Origin: a bacterium
Lineage (GTDB): Bacteria > Patescibacteriota > Patescibacteriia > SG8-24
Assembly (NCBI GenBank): GCA_023246225.1
Contig: JAHFIV010000001.1
Location: 46-64,045 of the forward strand
Length of the DNA stretch: 64,000 bases
Direction: 5' to 3'
Positions 17,661 to 27,259 of this stretch are shown here, one piece after another (the first letter of the stretch is position 1; each line of letters begins with the position of its first letter). Position numbers and translations under genes: made by a program. The notes below the pieces were generated by a model. The model saw only the letters and a list, made by a program, of their open reading frames with translations. It was not told where the DNA came from and did no database searches.

Positions 17661-17748
17661 GGAGGGGTGGCCGAGAGGTTTAAGGCAACAGTCTTGAAAA
17701 CTGTCGTTCTGAAAGGAACCGTGAGTTCGAATCTCACCCCCTCCGCCA
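17661..17748 (+). tRNA. tRNA-Ser (anticodon TGA)
   Basis: Acceptor GGAGGGG/CCCCTCC, anticodon arm ACAGT-CTTGAAA-ACTGT, long variable arm, TTCGAAT loop, encoded CCA. Confidence 0.97.
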
Positions 17749-17775
17749 CGACAATTTCTTATCGGTGTCATCCTT

Positions 17776-18381
17776 ATGAGGAAAATCATCACCACAACAT
17801 TTGTAACCTTGGACGGCGTTATGCAAGCTCCCGGTAGCTCCAAGGAAGATACCGCTGAAGGATTCAAGTATGGAGGTTGGCAGCAGCAGTCTGGCTGGGC
17901 GGATGACATAACGGGTAAGATCATCGAGGAGTTTATGACCATTCCTTTTGAGATGCTCTTAGGAAGGCTCACCTATGAGATATTTGCCGGGTACTGGCCC
18001 CATCATCCAGAAATTGAACTCATAGCAAAGCCGTTCAACGGCACGAAGAAATATGTTGTCTCACATAAACCCTTTAAACTTTCCTGGAACAATTCTGTGC
18101 TCATTACGGGAGACGTGGTGGCAGAAATAAAAAAACTTAAAACTTTAAATGGTCCCGATCTGTGGGTGTGGGGTAGCGGCAACCTCATTCAAACGCTCCT
18201 GCAGCACAACCTTATAGACCAAATGCACATTTGGACACATCCCCTCACTATCGGCACCGGCAAGAAATTATTCGCCGAAGGAACACAACCGGAGCGCCTT
18301 AAACTAGTTGACTCAAAAATCTCCACAACGGGTGTCATAATTGCAACGTACGAGCCGGCAGGGCCGCTGAAAAAAGGATAA
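17776..18381 (+). CDS. Dihydrofolate reductase family (RibD C-terminal domain) protein
   Basis: FVTLDGVMQAPG, LLGRLTYEIF, VWGSGNLIQTLL, IGTGKKLF. Confidence 0.9.
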   Translation: MRKIITTTFVTLDGVMQAPGSSKEDTAEGFKYGGWQQQSGWADDITGKIIEEFMTIPFEMLLGRLTYEIFAGYWPHHPEIELIAKPFNGTKKYVVSHKPFKLSWNNSVLITGDVVAEIKKLKTLNGPDLWVWGSGNLIQTLLQHNLIDQMHIWTHPLTIGTGKKLFAEGTQPERLKLVDSKISTTGVIIATYEPAGPLKKG

Positions 18382-18783
18382 TTCTGAAATAAAAATGCCG
18401 CAAAAGAAAAACTTGAAATCGTTCTTGGTTTTGGGAGCAATCCCCGCCGTTTTATAATATTTCCTATCGGAGACTGAAGCGGCGAAGCAAAACCAAGAAT
18501 TTCCTTTCCATTTTTTGTCGGCTCCCCCCACACCCCCCGCCGAATTAAATCAGAAAGGAAGGAAAATTTTTGGGTTTTGCCCGCGCGAGTCCGCGAGCGC
18601 GGCAGAGGCGCAATCGGAGCGTACGATCCAATCTAAAGCCACCACGCACTCGGAGCGTGCGATTAGTAGCGAGACTATTTAAGGACGAGACTCACACGCC
18701 TCAAATCCGCCCATCCGTCAGACCCCCAAAAAAGCCCTAACATATACAGAAGTCTGGGGTACTGAACTACCCCGCACCGCAAA

Positions 18784-18820
18784 GAAACAGCCGTCACCTC
18801 CTCGGGGTGACGGCTGTTTC
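18784..18820. terminator. Long GC hairpin terminator
   Basis: GAAACAGCCGTCACC...GGTGACGGCTGTTTC. Confidence 0.7.
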
Positions 18821-18829
18821 TTTGTCGTA

Positions 18830-19036
18830 TTACTCCTTTTTGTATTCTAAAATATCTCCTGGCTGACACTCCAAAGCTTTGCAAATCGCCTCCAACGTTG
18901 AGAAACGAACAGCTTTTGCTTTTCCATTTTTCAAAACGGAAATGTTGGCCATTGTAATACCGACTTTCTCCGCAAGTTCAGTGACGCTCATCTTCCGCTT
19001 TGCCAACATGACGTCGATGGTAATAGTAATCGCCAT
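18830..19036 (-). CDS. Xre/Cro HTH regulator (YozG-like)
   Basis: LAKRKMSVTELAEKVGITMANISVLKNGKAKAVRFSTL...CQPGDILEY. Confidence 0.92.
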   Translation of the reverse strand: MAITITIDVMLAKRKMSVTELAEKVGITMANISVLKNGKAKAVRFSTLEAICKALECQPGDILEYKKE

Positions 19037-19046
19037 AGTGGTTTGC

Positions 19047-19526
19047 TTATACCGTTAAGTCGTTCTCAGACTTTATATCCACTGCACTTTGTAAAGTTTT
19101 TTCAAACACAGCCGCGACAGTTGCGACAACGATAGAGACAAAGGAAATGAGAACACCCATAAAAACACCACCCGCAATGTCATCGCCGGGACGAACTATA
19201 AACAGGTAGGCTTCGAGCGGTGCGATAAAACCAACGATAATTATCGCGCAGTATTTTATAGTTCGCAAAGCTTTCACAGAACGTGGTGAGAATACTTTAT
19301 TTTGCCCGATGTATCCGAGCAACTTGCATGCTTGATAGAGCGCCGCAAAAAAAGGAATGGATCCGATATACACATACGCCAAGAATGGATCTTTAAAATA
19401 CATCTCGAAGAGCGTGGCGTGCGCGTTCCTTCCCTCAATGTGGGGTTCCCAAAGCAGAAGGGCAAAAGCACCGATACCCAGAGCCACGATTACTATCTGC
19501 AGAAATATCGTTGAGCTTCGTTTCAT
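19047..19526 (-). CDS. DUF2975 (YoaS-like) membrane protein
   Basis: Four TM segments; C-terminal AVDIKSENDLTV; paired with the YozG-like gene. Confidence 0.88.
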   Translation of the reverse strand: MKRSSTIFLQIVIVALGIGAFALLLWEPHIEGRNAHATLFEMYFKDPFLAYVYIGSIPFFAALYQACKLLGYIGQNKVFSPRSVKALRTIKYCAIIIVGFIAPLEAYLFIVRPGDDIAGGVFMGVLISFVSIVVATVAAVFEKTLQSAVDIKSENDLTV

Positions 19527-19658
19527 AAAAAGTTTTTCAAGATGAGTAGTACTTTCATAGTAATTTCTTGTTTATCGTTTGTCAATATGTATTTATCGTT
19601 CTACATAATGGCAAGCCACAAAAAGACCGGCCAAGAAGGCCGGTTATACCATCGTAAA

Positions 19659-20027
19659 TCAGCGTGCGTGCGGATTTCGCGGTGGTGGAACAACGATGTC
19701 AAACTCGATCGCATCGTGCGTCACCGAGACTTTTTCCAACTCGTGAAGGACTTTTGGTAGCCACACGTCCCTGAGCTTCGCACACGTCGGTACGCGCAGT
19801 GCTTTGACCGCCGCGTTGTACTCGGCGAGAGAATCATCGCTCTCATCAACGCCTCCCCGCAACCCATCGAGTCGTGATTTCACCCTCTTGCGAATTTCTG
19901 CGAAAGAAATTTTTACTCGCACGGAATTTTTTCCATCACAACGCGCAATCGTTCGATGCTGAGTGATGATCCCGTTGAGCGACTCGTAAACAGCATCGGC
20001 GATAAGTTTTTCCGCGGACGCGTTCAT
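19659..20027 (-). CDS. Hypothetical protein
   Basis: 122-aa ORF with GAGGAGG SD. Confidence 0.6.
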   Translation of the reverse strand: MNASAEKLIADAVYESLNGIITQHRTIARCDGKNSVRVKISFAEIRKRVKSRLDGLRGGVDESDDSLAEYNAAVKALRVPTCAKLRDVWLPKVLHELEKVSVTHDAIEFDIVVPPPRNPHAR

Positions 20028-20147
20028 TTTTCCTCCTCATGCTCATGCACAACAACAAGTGTACTCGATGAATGATAAAGGAACGGGCACTTTAGTCAAC
20101 ATTTCCAAGGTGGATAAAACGGAATATCCGTCTGCTATACTAACGCC

Positions 20148-21935
20148 ATGATCAAGCGCATTCCAAAAAAGACGATCGCAAAAAATGAGGAGCGCCAAAA
20201 CTACCCGCTCCCGCAGCTCATGCGCGACCTCTGGAGCCATCTTTCACCGTACAAAGGTGAGCTCGCTTTCGCGACAACGATGCGTCTCATCGGGGACATC
20301 GCGCAGCTCTGGCCATGGTACGCCGTGAGCAAGGGAATCACGTCGCTCACGGCATGGCACACCGGTGATCCAACGCTACCTATCTTCCTGTGGTTCGCTT
20401 CATGGGCCGCCGCTGTACTGTTACGCCAAATCACGGTGTTCTTCGCCAAGACGAACGGATTCATGGTAGGAGAACGTGCCGCGCTCGACGTGCGTACGCG
20501 CAGCATGGAACGACTCCTCGCGCTCGACATCGCGTGGCATGAAAAAGAAAACGCCGGCAACAAAATGCAGCGCATCACGAGCGCGGCTGATGGTGTGTAT
20601 CGTTACGTACGCGCTTGGATCGGTAACATTATCGAAATTATCGTCTCGCTCATCGGGATACTCGTGATTATCGCCACAGTTGATTCTTTTATTTCGTTGT
20701 CTGCGCTCGGATTTCTCTGCATATACACTCCGCTCGCCATGCATTTCCGACGTGGCAGTAGCAGTGCTGCACGCGCGGTGAATGCGGAAATGGAAAAAGT
20801 ATCCGGCGCAATGTTTGAGTCGCTCAACAACGTACGCACAGCAAAGGTACTCTCCATGGCACCAGCGCTCCTACGCATCATCGGCGACTACACGAAAGGA
20901 ACCGTCAAAAAAATTCGTGTACGCTTGAATTCATTCCAGTTCGCAAACCTTTGTCTCAGCCTGCTTTCTATCGTCTTCAAACTCTGCGCATTGCTCTACA
21001 TTGTAAATGGCGTGATGCACGGGCGATACGAAACCGGATTCATCTTGCTCTTTCATGGATACTTCAACCGCCTCACTGACGCCGCAACTGAACTTTCTGA
21101 CGTGAGTCAAGATTTGGAAGTGGCGCGCCATGCGATCGGTCGACTCGCGGAGATGAACCGCACTCCTGTGATCGATCCGGGTACAAAATCGTATCCAAAA
21201 AATTGGAAAATTATTTCGCTTAAAAACGTCAGCTACTCCTACGCTGGCCAACAAGTTCTCCGAAATATCTCATTCAACATACGACGAGGAGAACGTGTTG
21301 GTCTCGTTGGTCTTTCTGGCGCCGGAAAATCGACGCTTTTTAAATTACTACTCAAAGAATTAGAAGACTATCAAGGAGATATAGTAGTGGATGGTTTACC
21401 ATTACGAGAAATTCGCAAACGAGATTGGTATCGCCACGCTGCGGTCGTGCTGCAAGAAACTGAGGTGTTCAACTTTCCCTTGCGTCAAAATGTAACGATC
21501 GCCGCAGAAAATGGTGGGCGCGATCGTGCACGTCTGAAACGCGCGCTCGACATCGCGCACGTCACTGACTTTCTCAGCAAATTACCAAAAGGTGTCGAAA
21601 CAGTGATCGGTGAAAAAGGAGTAAAACTCTCCGGGGGAGAACGTCAACGTGTTGGTATAGCACGCGCAGTGTTCAAACGACCGGACGTACTCTTTCTCGA
21701 TGAGGCAACTTCACATCTCGATCTTGAATCGGAAGAACGGATCCGCGACTCACTCCACGTCTTTTTCCGCGATGTCACCGCCGTGGTGATCGCTCACCGA
21801 CTCACCACTATCAAAGAAATGGATCGCATTTTCGTGCTGGAAAATGGACGTCTCATCGAGCAAGGTACGTTCGCGGAGTTGTATAACGCGCACGGCAGAT
21901 TCCATGATTTATGGGAAATGCAAAAGCTTGGGTAA
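20148..21935 (+). CDS. ABC transporter, fused permease/ATPase (exporter)
   Basis: TM domain; GLSGAGKST, LSGGERQR, LFLDEAT, IAHRL. Confidence 0.93.
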   Translation: MIKRIPKKTIAKNEERQNYPLPQLMRDLWSHLSPYKGELAFATTMRLIGDIAQLWPWYAVSKGITSLTAWHTGDPTLPIFLWFASWAAAVLLRQITVFFAKTNGFMVGERAALDVRTRSMERLLALDIAWHEKENAGNKMQRITSAADGVYRYVRAWIGNIIEIIVSLIGILVIIATVDSFISLSALGFLCIYTPLAMHFRRGSSSAARAVNAEMEKVSGAMFESLNNVRTAKVLSMAPALLRIIGDYTKGTVKKIRVRLNSFQFANLCLSLLSIVFKLCALLYIVNGVMHGRYETGFILLFHGYFNRLTDAATELSDVSQDLEVARHAIGRLAEMNRTPVIDPGTKSYPKNWKIISLKNVSYSYAGQQVLRNISFNIRRGERVGLVGLSGAGKSTLFKLLLKELEDYQGDIVVDGLPLREIRKRDWYRHAAVVLQETEVFNFPLRQNVTIAAENGGRDRARLKRALDIAHVTDFLSKLPKGVETVIGEKGVKLSGGERQRVGIARAVFKRPDVLFLDEATSHLDLESEERIRDSLHVFFRDVTAVVIAHRLTTIKEMDRIFVLENGRLIEQGTFAELYNAHGRFHDLWEMQKLG

Positions 21936-22209
21936 TGTCTCAATAAAAAATGCGGACGGTGATCAGTTCAACGTCCGCGCACTGCTCAGAATACCCTTTC
22001 CCGCCGCGTCCGTTGCTTTCGCAACGCGCACATACACTTTTTCTCGCCGGGAGCCGAAGCTGCGGGCGGAAACTGACATGTGCGACCAGGCTGCAGCCTG
22101 GAGACTGAATGATGGAAGATCTCCTCCATTTAAGGAGGATACCCGCCAGAATCTTGCGACAACCGCGGTTGCGCAAGAAACCAAGGGATCAAATGAACTC
22201 GCTGAGACC

Positions 22210-22587
22210 CTACTCTGTATCGGGGTCTTTGTCAAGCATCAGAGACTCGTCTCCTGGGAGACCGGTGCCCCACAAATTCGCCGCGTCGACATTTGCGCCC
22301 GTACGGATCGCATTCATGACGCTTGAATCCGAAAGATCCGCTTCGGTGAGATCGGCATCGGTCAGATCTACGTCGCACAGGTTCGCACACGAAAGGTCTG
22401 CCTGACGCAGCTTCGCTTTGCAAAACTTTGCTCCGCGCAAATCTGCCCCACTCAGATCAACTCCACGCAAATCCAGCGAAGAAAAATCGACACCGCGCAA
22501 ATCGATCGCAGCGCCACTGTTTTTCTGACGCCAAAGATTCCACTCCGCAACAGACCGACGCAGACGCGCTTCTTGTTCTTTGTGCAC
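22210..22587 (-). CDS. Pentapeptide-repeat protein
   Basis: A(D/N)Lxx repeats; WNLWRQKN N-terminus. Confidence 0.85.
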   Translation of the reverse strand: MHKEQEARLRRSVAEWNLWRQKNSGAAIDLRGVDFSSLDLRGVDLSGADLRGAKFCKAKLRQADLSCANLCDVDLTDADLTEADLSDSSVMNAIRTGANVDAANLWGTGLPGDESLMLDKDPDTE

Positions 22588-22778
22588 TAGACGAGCTCCT
22601 TGTTCTTCCAGACGAAATTGTCTGGAATAGTCGAGTAGACGACGCTCTTAAAAAGAGCGAAGAAATGAATATAGCATCAGATCGTTTCTCTGTCAATCAT
22701 CCCCCACTTGCCGAGACAAGTGCCATAGTACCTGTCCCTCTCTCTGGTGCCAGGCATCGGAGGGACAGGTATGGTTGA

Positions 22779-23174
22779 TCAACTTTTTGATTGCACACTG
22801 AAGCGGTACATCCCCATACCGCAGGTGCCTTGGAGCGTACCGGGTTTGAGATCTCCTACCGCAACATCGGTCGTCCCTGATGACGGCAAACTCTGAGTGA
22901 TGCCGAGACTCGGGATACGAATTGTCGACGTGCAGTCGAACGTGCCGTTCGTTTCAAAACGCAACACCGTCGGAATTCCCGTTTTTGCTTCGCTCATTCC
23001 TGGCTGATAACCGCCTTTTACTTTGATTCGTACCACCTGCGTGCCGTTTTCCATCGTCACGTTTGCACCGCTCGTTGGTGACGCTTGCACCTTAGCGCCG
23101 TCTCCGCGCAACAACACCCACGCACCGAGCGCGAGTACGATCACTATGGCAAATCCTGCGAGAGCTGATTTCAT
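22779..23174 (-). CDS. Cupredoxin-domain protein
   Basis: N-terminal TM; GGYQP; FDC; C-terminal TCGMGMY. Confidence 0.85.
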   Translation of the reverse strand: MKSALAGFAIVIVLALGAWVLLRGDGAKVQASPTSGANVTMENGTQVVRIKVKGGYQPGMSEAKTGIPTVLRFETNGTFDCTSTIRIPSLGITQSLPSSGTTDVAVGDLKPGTLQGTCGMGMYRFSVQSKS

Positions 23175-23184
23175 ATATTTTTGA

Positions 23185-24216
23185 TTAAAAATTGAAGAGC
23201 GGAGGAAGATATCCTGCCGCAACAAGACTGTTCGTGATGTTGAAGAGCGCAAACAAGATAACGATCAATCCTGCGGTCTTGAAGAACACACCTTTGCGCG
23301 CACTTTTCTCCACGCTGAACGAACTGAAACTGATAAGCGCAAGAACTGGCAACGTGCCGAGCGCGAATGAAAGCATCGTCAGTCCTCCTTTCAGAAAACT
23401 TCCAGTCGAGAGCGTGTAAATCTGCATGGATTGCGTGAAACCACACGGGAGAAAAAACGTCGCGATGCCGACGAGTAGTGGCGTCAGCCGATGGTTCATC
23501 TTATGAAGACTTGTGACTCGTCGCGAGACGAACTTCGGCATCGATATCTGCCATCGTTTCGTCCAATCAAAAACATCGAGAAGGTTGACCCCGAGCACGA
23601 GCATAACAAAACCGATCACGAGACCAAGGATCAATGATGCAACGCCGCGCAGTTGGAACGCTGATCCAACCGCACCGATCACCCCTCCGAGCAAAAAAAA
23701 CGAAACGATTCTCCCGCCATGAAAGAGAAGTTGCGGCCTCACCTTGTCACCTTCTTTTGCGAACGTCGCAGAGAGAGAAAGCAGGAGTCCGCCAACAACC
23801 GCCATGCACGTGGAAAGCGAAGCGATGATACCGATGACAAACGCTGTGCCGTAGGAGACTTTTGTTGCGGTCACAAGATTGACCAGACCGATCTTCTGCA
23901 ATGCAAGGAAGATGATAACAAAGGCGAATGTGATCGGAACGGCATACTTGAAGTCGCTCCAATTCTTTTTTTGTATCGGCTTGTCGACCGATAGTGCGTA
24001 TCCGTTTTTTTCGAGAACACGCGTAAGTTCCTCTGCGATCTGCGCCGGTGATCTCTCGCCGAAATTACCGGTCACCTCTATGGTGTTCGTCGCTAAACTT
24101 GATTTCGCAAACATCACATGGGGAAGATCCTGCAGTTCACTCTCTGTCATCAAAATGCAGGCGTTGCAATGCATGCCCGTCACATGAAAAGTAACGGTTT
24201 TATTTTTTTCTTCCAT
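23185..24216 (-). CDS. HMA-domain plus DsbD_2/TauE-like membrane protein
   Basis: GMHCNAC; SLSTCMAVVGG; FFLPCGFTQSMQ. Confidence 0.88.
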   Translation of the reverse strand: MEEKNKTVTFHVTGMHCNACILMTESELQDLPHVMFAKSSLATNTIEVTGNFGERSPAQIAEELTRVLEKNGYALSVDKPIQKKNWSDFKYAVPITFAFVIIFLALQKIGLVNLVTATKVSYGTAFVIGIIASLSTCMAVVGGLLLSLSATFAKEGDKVRPQLLFHGGRIVSFFLLGGVIGAVGSAFQLRGVASLILGLVIGFVMLVLGVNLLDVFDWTKRWQISMPKFVSRRVTSLHKMNHRLTPLLVGIATFFLPCGFTQSMQIYTLSTGSFLKGGLTMLSFALGTLPVLALISFSSFSVEKSARKGVFFKTAGLIVILFALFNITNSLVAAGYLPPLFNF

Positions 24217-24221
24217 AGAAT

Positions 24222-26489
24222 CTACAACGACTTCGTTTTAAGTCGAAGCGAATTGCCGACAACCGATACGCTTGAGAACGCCATCGCGAGCCCGGCGAAG
24301 GCGGGATTCAGCAGCCAACCAAATATCGGGTAGAACAGCCCCGCAGCAAGTGGAATACCGATGATGTTATAGATGAACGCCCAAAACAAATTCTGTTTAA
24401 TGCCACGCATCGTTATTTTGGAAAGCTTGATCGCTTTCACGAGCTTAGAAATATCACCATGAAGAAGAGTGACGCCAGCAGATTCTATCGCGACGTCCGT
24501 TCCGGTCGCCATCGCGATGCCGACATCCGCCTGCGCGAGCGCTGGCGCATCGTTCACGCCGTCCCCTGCCATCGCAACAACATGGCCACCTGACTGAAGC
24601 GTCTTAATCTTTTCGAGCTTCCCTTCGGGTAGCACCCCAGCGACCACTTCATCGATACCGACCTGCTCTGCGATGTACTTCGCTGTGTTGTGATCGTCAC
24701 CGGTGAGCATCACCACAGTGATGCCGAGTTTGTGGAGCCGAGAGATCGCTTCTTTGGCTTCGGGTTTGATCGCATCAGCCACAAAAAATACGCCGAGCAA
24801 AGCATCTTTCGATGCGAGCATCACCGGTGTTTTTCCTTCTCGCGTCTCGCGCTCAAGAGCTGCGGTATCGAATGTGCGCCCGAGCGATGTCATCAATTTT
24901 ACATTCCCGGCGTAATATTCGTGTCCATCGATCATCCCTCGCAATCCTTGTCCTTTTATCGCTTCAAAATTTTCGACAGGTCGCAGCGACAGTCGCTTGT
25001 TCTCGGAATATTTCACAATGGCGTTCGCGATCGGATGTTCAGATTTTTTTTCGAGCGAGGCGAGAATTGCAACAAGTTCGTCATCGCTCTTCTTCGACAA
25101 GTTGCGGATGGAAATCAATTCGGGATTGCCTTTCGTGATCGTCCCTGTCTTGTCGACAACGACCGTATCAACCTTGTGCAACTTTTCCAAAATCGCCGCA
25201 TCTTTAATAAGAATGCCTTCCTTTGCGCCCTTGCCCACACCAACGATGATCGCGGTCGGCGTCGCAAGACCGAGCGCGCACGGACAAGCGATAACGAGCA
25301 CGCCGACAAAGGAGACGAGGCCACTCGATAACGCTTGGGAAAAACCGAGGTATCTCGTTCCGATGATCAGCCAGAATGCGAGCGTGGCAAAAGCAACAGC
25401 GAGCACTGTCGGCACGAATATCGAGGAGATCTTGTCTGCGAGGGCCTGAATCGGCGCCTTGCTCCCCTGCGCTTCTTCGACCATCTTGATGATACGCGCA
25501 AGCATCGTCTCTGCGCCGACCTTCGTCGCTTTGAACATGAAAGCGCCGCTGGTGTTCATCGTTCCAGAAATCACGAAATCACCAACAGATTTTTTTACCG
25601 GCATCGGCTCACCAGTGACGACAGCCTCGTCCACATACGACGATCCTTCTGTGACTGTGCCGTCGACAGGGATGCGGCCCGCAGGTTTCACAACGATGAC
25701 ATCGCCATGAACAACTTGCTCGACGGGGATCGCAATTTCTTTTCCGTCGCGCACAACCACCGCGATTTTTTCCTGCAAATTCAGCAACTTCTCGATCGCA
25801 TCGCCCGTTTTTATTTTTGAACGAGCCTCAAGATATTTACCGAGCGAAATAAATGCGATCACTACGATCGTCACATCATAATACACATGCGCCGTGTTGA
25901 TGAACGGTTTGAGTGCGTCCTCGAACGCGTTCACGATGAAACTATACAGGTACGCCGCCGACGTACCGATGCCGATGAGTGTGTCCATGTTCGCTTTGCC
26001 GTAGCGGAGAAAACGATACACGCCGAGCAGATACGGTTTTCCCACGACGAACAACGCGTACGTCGCCATGAGTGGCATCAGGTGATGGAAAAATTCGCTC
26101 CAAAAATAAGGAATCGCAGGAAGCGCACCGAGCTGCGCCACGATTTCCCATGTCATGATGACGATACTGATCGCGGCGAGCGGCATAATCGACAAAACTT
26201 TCGTGCGCATGCCTGCAACTTCCATCATTTTCTCGCGCTTTGATTGATCCACACCCGCGTGCATGGAATGATCTTGTGAAAGTATGAATGAGTACCCGAG
26301 CGGTTCGATTTTTTTTGATATCTGCTGCGGATGTATCTTTGCAGCATCAAACGAAATCTTTGCGGTTTCGGTGCCGTAGTTTACCTCTGCTGAATTCACC
26401 CCGTCCGTTTTTTTGAGCGTCTTCTCGATGATGCCTGCGCAAGAAGCGCAGTGCATGCCCTTGACCTTGTAGGTCGCTGAACTGTCCAT
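24222..26489 (-). CDS. copA: Copper-translocating P1B-type ATPase
   Basis: GMHCASC, TGEP, CPCALG, DKTGT, SEHP, GDGVNDAP, YN...MAFSS. Confidence 0.95.
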   Translation of the reverse strand: MDSSATYKVKGMHCASCAGIIEKTLKKTDGVNSAEVNYGTETAKISFDAAKIHPQQISKKIEPLGYSFILSQDHSMHAGVDQSKREKMMEVAGMRTKVLSIMPLAAISIVIMTWEIVAQLGALPAIPYFWSEFFHHLMPLMATYALFVVGKPYLLGVYRFLRYGKANMDTLIGIGTSAAYLYSFIVNAFEDALKPFINTAHVYYDVTIVVIAFISLGKYLEARSKIKTGDAIEKLLNLQEKIAVVVRDGKEIAIPVEQVVHGDVIVVKPAGRIPVDGTVTEGSSYVDEAVVTGEPMPVKKSVGDFVISGTMNTSGAFMFKATKVGAETMLARIIKMVEEAQGSKAPIQALADKISSIFVPTVLAVAFATLAFWLIIGTRYLGFSQALSSGLVSFVGVLVIACPCALGLATPTAIIVGVGKGAKEGILIKDAAILEKLHKVDTVVVDKTGTITKGNPELISIRNLSKKSDDELVAILASLEKKSEHPIANAIVKYSENKRLSLRPVENFEAIKGQGLRGMIDGHEYYAGNVKLMTSLGRTFDTAALERETREGKTPVMLASKDALLGVFFVADAIKPEAKEAISRLHKLGITVVMLTGDDHNTAKYIAEQVGIDEVVAGVLPEGKLEKIKTLQSGGHVVAMAGDGVNDAPALAQADVGIAMATGTDVAIESAGVTLLHGDISKLVKAIKLSKITMRGIKQNLFWAFIYNIIGIPLAAGLFYPIFGWLLNPAFAGLAMAFSSVSVVGNSLRLKTKSL

Positions 26490-26510
26490 ATCATGGTCTC
26501 TGGTAATTAT

Positions 26511-26549
26511 AAAAACCGAACAAAATCGCGCGCGATTCGATTCGGTTTA
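26511..26549 (-). terminator. Hairpin plus U-tract between the small leader gene and copA
   Basis: Minus strand TAAACCGAATCGAATCGCGCGCGATTTTGTTCGGTTTTT. Confidence 0.6.
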
Positions 26550-26918
26550 ATTACGCAAAATGACGGTCGATAAATTTTTGTGACGAAGAAATTTTCCTAT
26601 ACCCTCTCGCAAACGTCTTCGCGGATCATCAATCGATGCGTCACACAAAAAAATCTGAGAGAGAAAAATAACAAAAGAAAAAAACAGGGCAATAGACTCG
26701 ATCGCGACCATGGTTGCCGCAGGCGACACCGATCTCACGCAATGATCCAGGCAATTAGTGTCGCTGCCGTGCGACATCGGTAAAGAACTGCACGCGTCCC
26801 CCATACATTGTCCCATCCCCATGTCAGTGCCAGGCATACCAAAAAATGCCATGCCCGCAAAAGAGAGGGTCATGAGAAGCAATGAGGCGAATACCGTGTA
26901 GGAAATAAGTCGACGCAT
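26547..26918 (-). CDS. Small Met/Cys/His-rich membrane protein upstream of copA
   Basis: TM, then MGMGQCMGDACSSLPMSHGSDTNCLDHC, then a second TM. Confidence 0.65.
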   Translation of the reverse strand: MRRLISYTVFASLLLMTLSFAGMAFFGMPGTDMGMGQCMGDACSSLPMSHGSDTNCLDHCVRSVSPAATMVAIESIALFFSFVIFLSQIFLCDASIDDPRRRLREGIGKFLRHKNLSTVILRN

Positions 26919-26968
26919 ATCTACATTCACTATAGCAGATTTCAAAAAATAAACCTTGCATGCTCTCT

Positions 26969-27250
26969 TTGTCATTCCAGCTTCCTTCTATTGTCATTCC
27001 GGACCCCTCTTCTTGTCATTCCGGCCTCCGAGCCGGAATCCATGCGAACAAAATAACCAAACAAATTTTGTTTGATCTTTTTTTACGTTCTGGATTCCGG
27101 GTCACGGCCCGGAATGACAAAAAAGAAGGGTCGGAATGACAAAAGAATGATGGCGGAATCCAGAATAAAAAAAGGCCAAACGAAAATTGTTTGGCTTTAC
27201 GGTTCTGGGTCCTGAATCCCCCGGACCTGATCCGGGGTCAGGATGACAAT
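26969..27250. repeat. Cluster of REP-like palindromes (GTCATTCCGG-N7/8-CCGGAATCC family)
   Basis: Multiple full and partial units in both orientations. Confidence 0.9.
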
Positions 27251-27259
27251 AGTGAGCTA

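Noticed and set aside
18525-18543. C-rich tract resembling the tRNA-Ser 3' end as attR
   Set aside because: Low-complexity, imperfect match without CCA or T-arm.
22726-22772. Hairpin TACCTGTCCCTC...GAGGGACAGGTA as a third repeat family
   Set aside because: Single copy in the window; it may simply end the copper operon transcript.
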